Shown one piece after another: positions 57,175-64,000 of a stretch of DNA of 64,000 nucleotides. Source of the stretch: a virus (taxonomy: Duplodnaviria; Caudoviricetes); the IMG/VR virus record IMGVR_UViG_3300011335_000731, positions 10,147 to 74,146 of that record, one strand, 5' to 3'. Within the stretch, counting starts at the first letter, position 1; each line of letters begins with the position of its first letter. The notes under the pieces were generated by a model. It was not told the origin of the DNA. It saw only the letters and a list, made by a program, of their open reading frames with translations, and did no database searches. The position numbers and the translations under genes are program-made.

Positions 57175-57810
57175 ATGAGCGAATGGGCAGACAGGTTTGA
57201 AAATCAATACAAACCTTTTTTAAATGTCAATGTCAGTGCTAAGAAAAGAGGCTTGGTTGCTAGTCTTTATCAACGCGCTACCGGATTTGAAATCATTTTA
57301 AATGAATTATTGAAAATTCGAAACACGGGTTTTAAAATCATTGAAACGGGCAGCACACGCAAACCCAATAACTGGAAAGATGGCAACAGCGGTGTGCTGT
57401 TTGCTGACTTTGTGAAACACCACAGAGGCTCGGTCCGCAGCGTGGATATAAATCAAACAGCAGTGGATGCTGCTAATGCATTCATTGACCCTGTTTATCA
57501 TCGTGCTGAATGTTCAGACAGCGTCACATGGCTGCAACGACAAACTGATCTTGACCAAGTGGATTTGTTTTATCTAGACAGTTATGATGTTGAATGGCAC
57601 AACGACCAACCCAGTGCCGAACATCATTTACGAGAATTTCTTGTTATAGAACCGCATCTAAAGCCCGGTGTGATTGTGGCCATAGACGACAATTCAAGAC
57701 TGTCTGAAGCCAACGCACGAACAGGTAAAGGCCGCAGGATATTTGAATATCTTGAGCAAAAAGGAATATATCCCATTTACGATGATTATCAGATAATTTA
57801 CAAATTATGA
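57175..57810 (+). CDS. Class I SAM-dependent methyltransferase
   Basis: IIETGS, SVDI, SDSV, FYLDS, AIDD. Confidence 0.75.
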   Translation: MSEWADRFENQYKPFLNVNVSAKKRGLVASLYQRATGFEIILNELLKIRNTGFKIIETGSTRKPNNWKDGNSGVLFADFVKHHRGSVRSVDINQTAVDAANAFIDPVYHRAECSDSVTWLQRQTDLDQVDLFYLDSYDVEWHNDQPSAEHHLREFLVIEPHLKPGVIVAIDDNSRLSEANARTGKGRRIFEYLEQKGIYPIYDDYQIIYKL

Positions 57811-58631
57811 TCACAGATGCCTTTATGTTCAACGACGAGTTTGACATGTTAGATCTTAGACTGGAGTTATCTAAGAACTATGTGGATCGTTGGATCATAT
57901 TGGAAGGCAATAGGACCTGGAGCGGCAAACTCAAACCCTATCATTTAACACAGCGGCTGCATGATTATCAACTCAAATACGGCGACAAATTCCATGTGAT
58001 CTGCCTTGACATACCCGATGGATATAAAGATTGGCAATGCGAAAACTTCAGCAGAGCCGGCCTACAACAAGGTATAGATCTATTAGATGCTGATGACTTG
58101 GTAATACACAGCGACCTAGACGAGATACTGGATCCCAACGCATTGGGCAACATTGTTGAGTTGATCAACCAACTCAATCAACCTGTGTGCTGTACTTTAG
58201 ATATGTTTATCTATCGGTTTGATCAAAAAGCTCACAGGACCTGGAACGGGCATGTGATAGCAAAAAAACACATGTTCCAGAATCCTCAGCAGCTCTACAA
58301 AGGTGATCAATACAAACGCAAAAATCGAGCGCATTGTAAGATATTCCCGGGCATTACAGGATGGCATTGGACTTGGATGGGCGACGACACTCGTATACAA
58401 AGCAAAGTGATCAGCTGTATTGAAAGCCAATATAGAGATCCTGATCAAGTATTAGAATCATTCAAGGCTGGAAATCCTGAATTGGCCATCAATCATAAAT
58501 GCCAAACCATTTGGGTTGATTATCAGTATCCTGCTGATGTACTAGCAGTTATACAACAATACCCCTGGTGGACTGATCAAGCAAATCGTGGGCCCTTGGT
58601 CCAGCCGTCGGGGTCATTGCCGGTCCAGTGA
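57807..58631 (+). CDS. GT17-family (GnT-III-like) glycosyltransferase
   Basis: DAFMFNDEFDML.LRL, ILEG..T.SGK.KP, SDLDEI, GWHWTW. Confidence 0.75.
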   Translation: MITDAFMFNDEFDMLDLRLELSKNYVDRWIILEGNRTWSGKLKPYHLTQRLHDYQLKYGDKFHVICLDIPDGYKDWQCENFSRAGLQQGIDLLDADDLVIHSDLDEILDPNALGNIVELINQLNQPVCCTLDMFIYRFDQKAHRTWNGHVIAKKHMFQNPQQLYKGDQYKRKNRAHCKIFPGITGWHWTWMGDDTRIQSKVISCIESQYRDPDQVLESFKAGNPELAINHKCQTIWVDYQYPADVLAVIQQYPWWTDQANRGPLVQPSGSLPVQ

Positions 58632-59257
58632 TGTTTGGCATAGGCACCCGGTGCTTTTTCTTTTAATCGATGTTTTTCATTGAAATACACAGGATAGAAA
58701 TAACTTCGATCATAAATCTGTATCGGGCCATCCAATGAACTGTCGTCTTGTTGCTGCTGCTGATGCACTCGAACTATTTTAGTAAATGGTTTCACACTGG
58801 TATATTTGTGTGGTTGTGTGTTGCACAGTTCATATCCGTATCTTCTTGCATTGCCTGCACTGGTCAATGACATCTGAGTCAATATAGGATGATTAGGTAC
58901 AGCACCAAACACACTTGGGCATATCCTGCGTTCGTCATCTTCGTAACCTACAAAGAAATCATGATGTAAAAATGAGTCAAACGACTTTAAACATTCCATA
59001 TCAGTGTCTACATATATGCCACCAAACACTCGGACTATTTCAAACCTTATCATGTCTGCTTTTGGGCACAATGCAAAGCCGGGATCATTTGCTAATTCTC
59101 GTACATTGTCACTGATATTGTCGGGTAGATTGTCCAGGCGCCAAAAATAAAATGTCCAATCAGGATGTTTTCTCATCCAACTAGTACGCCATGCGTGGAA
59201 TTTTTTTCTAAATGGGTCAGCACCGGGCCACACATGATGTATAATTTTAGGTATCAT
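58577..59257 (-). CDS. GT32-family (Och1-like DxD) glycosyltransferase
   Basis: MIPKIIHHVW, KADMIRFE, GGIYVDTD, AKHHW. Confidence 0.85.
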   Translation of the reverse strand: MIPKIIHHVWPGADPFRKKFHAWRTSWMRKHPDWTFYFWRLDNLPDNISDNVRELANDPGFALCPKADMIRFEIVRVFGGIYVDTDMECLKSFDSFLHHDFFVGYEDDERRICPSVFGAVPNHPILTQMSLTSAGNARRYGYELCNTQPHKYTSVKPFTKIVRVHQQQQQDDSSLDGPIQIYDRSYFYPVYFNEKHRLKEKAPGAYAKHHWTGNDPDGWTKGPRFA

Positions 59258-59302
59258 AAACTTATATATGTGCAACAGGTGTACAAAGGATAATTATTAG
59301 AT

Positions 59303-60142
59303 ATGAACCGAGTCGATAGATCATCCATCAAACGAGAAAAAGATCTGCATCGTGCTATTCGAGAAGCGCACCGTGCAAAGAAAAGAGAACCTGCACCGGT
59401 ACCACCTGTTATTTTTACACCCACTGACCCAGTGGATTGTGCCTGTGTGATCCACGGCAACGGTTATGATTTCACTTATGTGGATCGACTGTATAGCATG
59501 CTGAATAGGCATTTGTCACGCGGTGCGAAATTACATGTTTACACAGAAGCCTCACGCCCTGTGCCTGCACACATGATTCGACATGATCTGACAGAATGGC
59601 CGGGTGTATCAGGCCGTAAACGCAGTTGGTGGTACAAGATGCAATTATTCAATCCCCAACACTTTTCAGGTCAATTGCTGTATTTTGACCTAGACACAGT
59701 GATCGTGGACAATATAGATTGGATCGTAAATCTCAGCCCCACATTCTTTTGGACTCTTAAAGATTTCCGATCATTATGGCGGCCCGATTGCTTGAACATG
59801 AATTCATCTGTGATGTATTGGAACACGCATGAGTGGGCATCTGTATGGACTCAATTTGAACAACAAGGCATAGAACGCATCCGTGTGAGACACCAACATG
59901 GTGGCGATCAGGATTATTTAAATTCAGTGATCCCTGCACAAAAAAGACGCTTCTTGGATGAACGACGCATAGTGAGCTGGCGTTGGACAGCATTGGATGG
60001 CGGCATGAATTTTAAAAATCGCACTTATCGCAGGCCCAATCGCGGCACTATACTGGATCCACTCAACAGTGTGTTGATATTTCACGGCGACCCAAAACCA
60101 CACGAAGTCAACGATGCTGTGATAAAACAACACTGGGTTTGA
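59303..60142 (+). CDS. GT-A (GT8-like) glycosyltransferase
   Basis: WWYKMQLF, YFDLDTVI, NSSVM, GDQDYL, FHGDPKP; TAATTA-N6-ATG. Confidence 0.75.
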   Translation: MNRVDRSSIKREKDLHRAIREAHRAKKREPAPVPPVIFTPTDPVDCACVIHGNGYDFTYVDRLYSMLNRHLSRGAKLHVYTEASRPVPAHMIRHDLTEWPGVSGRKRSWWYKMQLFNPQHFSGQLLYFDLDTVIVDNIDWIVNLSPTFFWTLKDFRSLWRPDCLNMNSSVMYWNTHEWASVWTQFEQQGIERIRVRHQHGGDQDYLNSVIPAQKRRFLDERRIVSWRWTALDGGMNFKNRTYRRPNRGTILDPLNSVLIFHGDPKPHEVNDAVIKQHWV

Positions 60143-60150
60143 TATAAATA
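60143..60150 (+). promoter_or_regulatory. T4 late promoter, full consensus
   Basis: TATAAATA, then SD GGAG. Confidence 0.75.
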
Positions 60151-60169
60151 CAGTATCGGGAGATAAATT

Positions 60170-60739
60170 ATGGTACAAAGAATAGTTAAATTGATTGGTG
60201 ATGCATATTCCACCAGCGGAGATGTACATGTACAGGCCACTTATAATGGCAGCGAAATCATCAATGGAATAGTGGCAACCACAGTGGTTGATGTGATTCC
60301 TAGTGCTGGAACATTGTCATCATCTCCAATGCAAGAGGTAGTTTTATTTGAAACCACAACAGACACCACTGGACAAATGCCAGTGAGTATTACTGTGACT
60401 GGCGGTACTTTGTTTTTCCGCCATTTCTGGATGAATTATACCGGATATGAAGAACAGAGGCAGGCCACTGACCCTAATGTTCCTATTGACCCCTACAATG
60501 ATAGCACATATATCTGGGTAACAACGGTTCAACCCGACTCTTATTATGCAGATCCAAACACCAATACTGTAGAAAGTGATGGCGTTTCTAATCTAACTAA
60601 AAATGGTCAGCCTTGGACCTGGCGACAGAATGTGGGCGACCGACTGGGTGATTGGGTATATCCAATAGCCGACGGTGAAACAGTGACCTTTGATTTTTTT
60701 GTAGATCCTGCGGATGTGGTACTAGTAGCACCACAGTGA
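60170..60739 (+). CDS. Hypothetical late protein (beta-rich, possibly virion)
   Basis: Own late promoter, SD and terminator. Confidence 0.65.
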   Translation: MVQRIVKLIGDAYSTSGDVHVQATYNGSEIINGIVATTVVDVIPSAGTLSSSPMQEVVLFETTTDTTGQMPVSITVTGGTLFFRHFWMNYTGYEEQRQATDPNVPIDPYNDSTYIWVTTVQPDSYYADPNTNTVESDGVSNLTKNGQPWTWRQNVGDRLGDWVYPIADGETVTFDFFVDPADVVLVAPQ

Positions 60740-60754
60740 TTACTACTCGCATAT

Positions 60755-60785
60755 AAAAACCCTACTACATGTAGGGTTTTTTTTT
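60755..60785. terminator. Bidirectional Rho-independent terminator
   Basis: AAAAACCCTAC-tacat-GTAGGGTTTTT followed by further Ts. Confidence 0.85.
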
Positions 60786-60789
60786 GGGG

Positions 60790-60818
60790 TTGACCGGTAT
60801 TGCGTTCTGCACTATAAT
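60790..60818 (+). promoter_or_regulatory. sigma70-type early promoter
   Basis: TTGACC-N17-TATAAT. Confidence 0.85.
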
Positions 60819-60824
60819 AAGCAC

Positions 60825-60968
60825 ATGTCAACGCAAAAGCACACAACAAAAACTGCTGAAAAATGTCGCAATTTTTCGCAAATCGAGTTGGAAAAAGATG
60901 CAACAAAATGGGTTGACTGCTATCTCAACTGCTGCTATAATAGTGGCTTAACAACACAACGGGGCTAG
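60825..60968 (+). CDS. Possible leaderless 47-aa peptide
   Basis: ATG 6 nt after TATAAT; MSTQKHTTK...TTQRG; spans the second promoter. Confidence 0.3.
   Translation: MSTQKHTTKTAEKCRNFSQIELEKDATKWVDCYLNCCYNSGLTTQRG
60913..60941 (+). promoter_or_regulatory. sigma70-type early promoter (extended -10)
   Basis: TTGACT-N17-TATAAT. Confidence 0.85.
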
Positions 60969-60973
60969 AAACC

Positions 60974-62002
60974 ATGAGTGCTATTCGTATACTGCGCGGC
61001 GAGTACCGCGGCAAAACTGTAAAAAACCAAAGCTTCGCTCTAGTAAGCGGCTTCCAAACGGGCGCCAAGGGCGGCTATGTGACTGTGCAAAACAACGGCA
61101 CATTCCCCAACTGCCCTGCCACTGTGCGTATCCGCGTCGATGCTATCTCTGACTACGAGATGATCAATGGCGACACTGTGGAAATGAACACACCCGCTGT
61201 CAAAGCATCCAGTTTTGTAGTAGAGACTGAAGAACAAGCAATGACTCGTATCCGCGAGCGTTTTGAAATCCTAACTGAAATGAGCAAAGCCTGCATTGGT
61301 GGCGACATCCGTGCAATGATTGTCAGCGGCCCTCCGGGTGTGGGCAAGAGCTACGGCGTGGAACAAGAGATCGAGAAAGCCACACTGTTTGACAAGATCG
61401 CAGGCAAGCGGCTTCGCGCAGAAGTTGTAAAAGGCTCTGCAACTCCTATTGGCCTGTATCAGACTCTGTACAAATATTCAGACCCTAATTGTGTGTTGGT
61501 GTTTGATGACTGTGACTCAATCCTACTGGACGATGTGGCACTGAACTTGCTGAAAGGCGCACTGGACTCTGGCAAGAAGCGTAAGATCTCCTGGCTCAGC
61601 GAAAGCAGCACTCTGCGTCGCGAAGGCATCCCAGACAGTTTTGACTTCAAAGGTTCGGTAATCTTCATTACCAACTTGAAGTTTGACAAGATGAAATCGC
61701 AGAAACTGCGCGATCATTTGGACGCACTGCAAAGTCGTTGCCATTACTTGGACTTGACCTTGGACACTATGCGTGACAAGATCTTGCGTATCAAGCAGAT
61801 CGCCAAAGACGGTGTGCTGTTCGCAGACTACGACTTTGAGCCCGAAACGCAAGACAGCATCTTTGAGTTTATGGAAACTAACCAAGCTCGTTTGCGTGAA
61901 ATGAGCCTGCGTATGGCGTTGAAGATCGCTGACCTGCGTAAGCTGAGTCCCGACAACTGGCGTCGTTTGGCAGAGACTACTTGCATGAAAGCAGCAGACT
62001 AA
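60974..62002 (+). CDS. AAA+-type P-loop ATPase of unknown function
   Basis: SGPPGVGKS, LVFDDCD, FITN, ALQSR. Confidence 0.85.
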   Translation: MSAIRILRGEYRGKTVKNQSFALVSGFQTGAKGGYVTVQNNGTFPNCPATVRIRVDAISDYEMINGDTVEMNTPAVKASSFVVETEEQAMTRIRERFEILTEMSKACIGGDIRAMIVSGPPGVGKSYGVEQEIEKATLFDKIAGKRLRAEVVKGSATPIGLYQTLYKYSDPNCVLVFDDCDSILLDDVALNLLKGALDSGKKRKISWLSESSTLRREGIPDSFDFKGSVIFITNLKFDKMKSQKLRDHLDALQSRCHYLDLTLDTMRDKILRIKQIAKDGVLFADYDFEPETQDSIFEFMETNQARLREMSLRMALKIADLRKLSPDNWRRLAETTCMKAAD

Positions 62003-62003
62003 C

Positions 62004-62144
62004 ATGGAAGTGTCTATTGTTTGGATGTTGCTGAATGGGTGGTTCGCCAAGCACTGCTTTGAGGATGGCTCTACAGTGTCTGGGTGGGTGTGTTTGTTTA
62101 TCAGTGCCTATTATCTGGCCCGAGTGATGGAATCAATCTTTTAA
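62004..62144 (+). CDS. Small hydrophobic protein (46 aa)
   Basis: MEVSIVWMLLNGWF...VCLFISAYYLARVMESIF; starts 1 nt after the ATPase stop. Confidence 0.5.
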   Translation: MEVSIVWMLLNGWFAKHCFEDGSTVSGWVCLFISAYYLARVMESIF

Positions 62145-62153
62145 GGAATGTGT

Positions 62154-62258
62154 ATGTTTGAAATTTGGGATGGTGATTTGTTTTTGTACACTGTGGATTC
62201 CACATATGAAGCTGATGAAGCTGAGGAGATTGGATTCCGTGTGGTAAAGATCAAATAG
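62154..62258 (+). CDS. Small acidic protein (34 aa)
   Basis: SD AAGGA; MFEIWDGDLFLYTVDSTYEADEAEEIGFRVVKIK. Confidence 0.5.
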   Translation: MFEIWDGDLFLYTVDSTYEADEAEEIGFRVVKIK

Positions 62259-62321
62259 GTTTTCGGCGGTGGGTGCGAAAAACAGAGTCGCAGTGAATTT
62301 CTAGCCCGGCGACTCTTTTAT

Positions 62322-62351
62322 AACAGGTGTCAATTTGGCACCTGTTTTTTT
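62322..62351 (+). terminator. Rho-independent terminator
   Basis: AACAGGTGTCA-att-TGGCACCTGTT followed by a T tract. Confidence 0.75.
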
Positions 62352-62378
62352 GACTTTTTGTCATGTGTATGCTACTAT
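62350..62378 (+). promoter_or_regulatory. sigma70-type early promoter
   Basis: TTGACT-N17-TACTAT, ATG 7 nt downstream. Confidence 0.75.
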
Positions 62379-62385
62379 ATACACT

Positions 62386-63510
62386 ATGCCTTTTTGCCAT
62401 GCTCCTTGGACCAATGTTGATATCAGCCCACAGGGTAATATATTGCCCTGCTGTAAATATAATCCCAGTGCCCAAGATCCTAACTTCAACATCCAGACTC
62501 ATTCTTTAAAAGAATATTCTCGCAGTGCCTTTTTACACCAAATCCAACAGGATTTCTTAAATGATGCGTGGCCTGCAGGCTGTGTGAGATGTCAGCTGGA
62601 CGAACAAAACAACATTCCAAGCAAGCGAGAATTAGACCATGACCGTTGGCGAGAGCATTATGCCAACTATGATTTAAACAGTGACCAATGGCTCACTGCC
62701 AGTGTGGCATTTGGAAATACCTGCAATCTAAAATGTATCACCTGCGACAGTGATAATAGCAGCCGCTGGCGAGAAGAATACCGTGACATATACGGGCAGG
62801 ATTTCCAACATGTGAAGTTTTATCGAAATGATTTTGTAGATGATTTTGTAGCACAAGCACCAGGGATCCTGCACTTGGACATCCCTGGTGGCGAACCATT
62901 TTTAAGTGGCATACGAGAACAAAAGAAATTACTGCAACATTACATTGATTCCGGCCAAGCCCAGGATATCTCTATACATTATACCACCAATGCAACTGTG
63001 TTTCCTGATGGGGAATGGTGGCAGTTATGGAGTCACTTTCGCGAAATAGACATGCAACTCAGCATAGATGGTGTGGGCGCTAGATACGAATACATACGAT
63101 ATCCTGCGTCGTGGAGTGACACTGAATCAACAGTTCACAGATATATACAACAAGAGAAAAGCATACCAAATCTCAGACTCAGTGTGAGCCATACAGTGAG
63201 TGCGTATAATATCTTTTATCTAGACGAATTCTTCACCTGGTGTTATAATGTAGGACTACCTAGACCTTGGTTGGGTCGTGTGCATAATCCTGCACATATG
63301 AGACCCACAGTTTGGCCTGACCAACATGGCATTGCGACACAATTGGATAAAAGCCAGCATGAAGATGTTAGAACTTGGGCCAGCATGATTAGAACCTCAA
63401 TGGACTCAGACCAGTTTGAGGAATTCTGTAAGAGATTACACCAACATGATCAGTATCGAAATTTGAATTTTGCAAACACATTTCCGGAAATGGCACCTTA
63501 TATAAAATGA
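62386..63510 (+). CDS. Twitch-domain radical SAM protein
   Basis: FCHAPW...GNILPCC, CVRC, CNLKCITC, PGGEP, TTN, SIDG; start at MPFCHAPW. Confidence 0.85.
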   Translation: MPFCHAPWTNVDISPQGNILPCCKYNPSAQDPNFNIQTHSLKEYSRSAFLHQIQQDFLNDAWPAGCVRCQLDEQNNIPSKRELDHDRWREHYANYDLNSDQWLTASVAFGNTCNLKCITCDSDNSSRWREEYRDIYGQDFQHVKFYRNDFVDDFVAQAPGILHLDIPGGEPFLSGIREQKKLLQHYIDSGQAQDISIHYTTNATVFPDGEWWQLWSHFREIDMQLSIDGVGARYEYIRYPASWSDTESTVHRYIQQEKSIPNLRLSVSHTVSAYNIFYLDEFFTWCYNVGLPRPWLGRVHNPAHMRPTVWPDQHGIATQLDKSQHEDVRTWASMIRTSMDSDQFEEFCKRLHQHDQYRNLNFANTFPEMAPYIK

Positions 63511-64000
63511 AAAGAGCAACAATAACCATACGCGACGAAGTCAATATAAAGATTGAAGGCTTGGATCTCGACACTCGCAGAGATCTAGTAAAGAAATTCA
63601 AATACGATGTGCCATACGCTCGCTATCTTCCTGCTGTGCGACTAGGACGGTGGGATGGCAAAGTGGCCTACTTCCAACTGGGTGGCAGCACTTATGTGAA
63701 TCTCTTGCCTGAAATCATCCCCATATTGGAAAAACAAAACTATGACATTGAGCTAGACGATCAACGAGAATACACTACTCAATTTGATTTCACACAAGTG
63801 ACGGAGACCACATATCAGGATCGACTATGGCCTCGAGGACATCCTGCAGAAGGGCAACCCATCTTGTTGCGTGACTATCAAGTGGAGATCATCAACAACT
63901 TCCTGGCCAATCCACAATGCTTGCAGGAAGTGGCCACTGGTGCGGGCAAGACCATAATGACAGCAGCATTGAGCGACGCTGTGAGTGTGTATGGTCGCAG
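63507..64000 (+). CDS. uvsW: Superfamily II DNA helicase, UvsW-like, 3'-truncated (not in the ORF track)
   Basis: WDGK..YF, LRDYQ, VATGAGKT; ATGA overlap with the upstream gene; runs off the window. Confidence 0.85.
   Translation, partial: MKRATITIRDEVNIKIEGLDLDTRRDLVKKFKYDVPYARYLPAVRLGRWDGKVAYFQLGGSTYVNLLPEIIPILEKQNYDIELDDQREYTTQFDFTQVTETTYQDRLWPRGHPAEGQPILLRDYQVEIINNFLANPQCLQEVATGAGKTIMTAALSDAVSVYGR

Noticed and set aside
62259-62320. tRNA
   Set aside because: No cloverleaf, TTC-GA T-loop or CCA end
10406-62385. Upstream starts given by the ORF track (10406, 18956, 27463, 31876, 36967, 48791, 50665, 52287, 55656, 55882, 56401, 62335)
   Set aside because: They overlap neighbouring genes or lie upstream of the promoter motifs; downstream ATGs fit promoters, SDs and domain starts better
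43049-63510. Calling the radical SAMs QueE (7-deazaguanine pathway), viperin or MoaA
   Set aside because: Lengths and N-terminal twitch domains do not fit, and no folE, queC, queD, dpdA or moaC partner is in the window
1-64000. Stop-codon reassignment
   Set aside because: Core genes are full length in code 11, and TAA, TAG and TGA all terminate genes at the expected positions

Overview
A 64-kb, gene-dense segment of a large T4-like myovirus (contractile-tailed dsDNA phage) genome, read in the standard genetic code. It contains no recognisable tRNA, rRNA, CRISPR array or transposon. In order: (1) tail-fibre and virion genes, including a 2421-aa collagen-like fibre, followed by two unusual multi-domain enzymes; (2) neck genes 15, 14 and 13, a DexA-like exonuclease, a dNMP kinase, tail sheath and tube, and head-completion gp4; (3) a probable small terminase, putative internal head proteins, a second fibre, a secreted nuclease and the large terminase; (4) a gp32/uvsX/uvsY replication-recombination operon interleaved with radical-SAM, SDR and sulfotransferase-like genes; (5) an ~11-kb island of glycosyltransferases, sugar methyltransferases and gmd behind late-type promoters; (6) an AAA ATPase, another radical SAM and a truncated uvsW. 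Two promoter classes are visible: sigma70-type TTGAC-N17-TATAAT (early) and T4-late-like TAAATA/TAAnTA. Many sit only 4-7 nt before an ATG, which suggests widespread leaderless mRNAs. The best candidates for new biology are a late-expressed glycosylation system probably aimed at the virion and an early sulfotransferase/radical-SAM/SDR cassette. All product calls rest on motif recognition by eye; no database searches were run.
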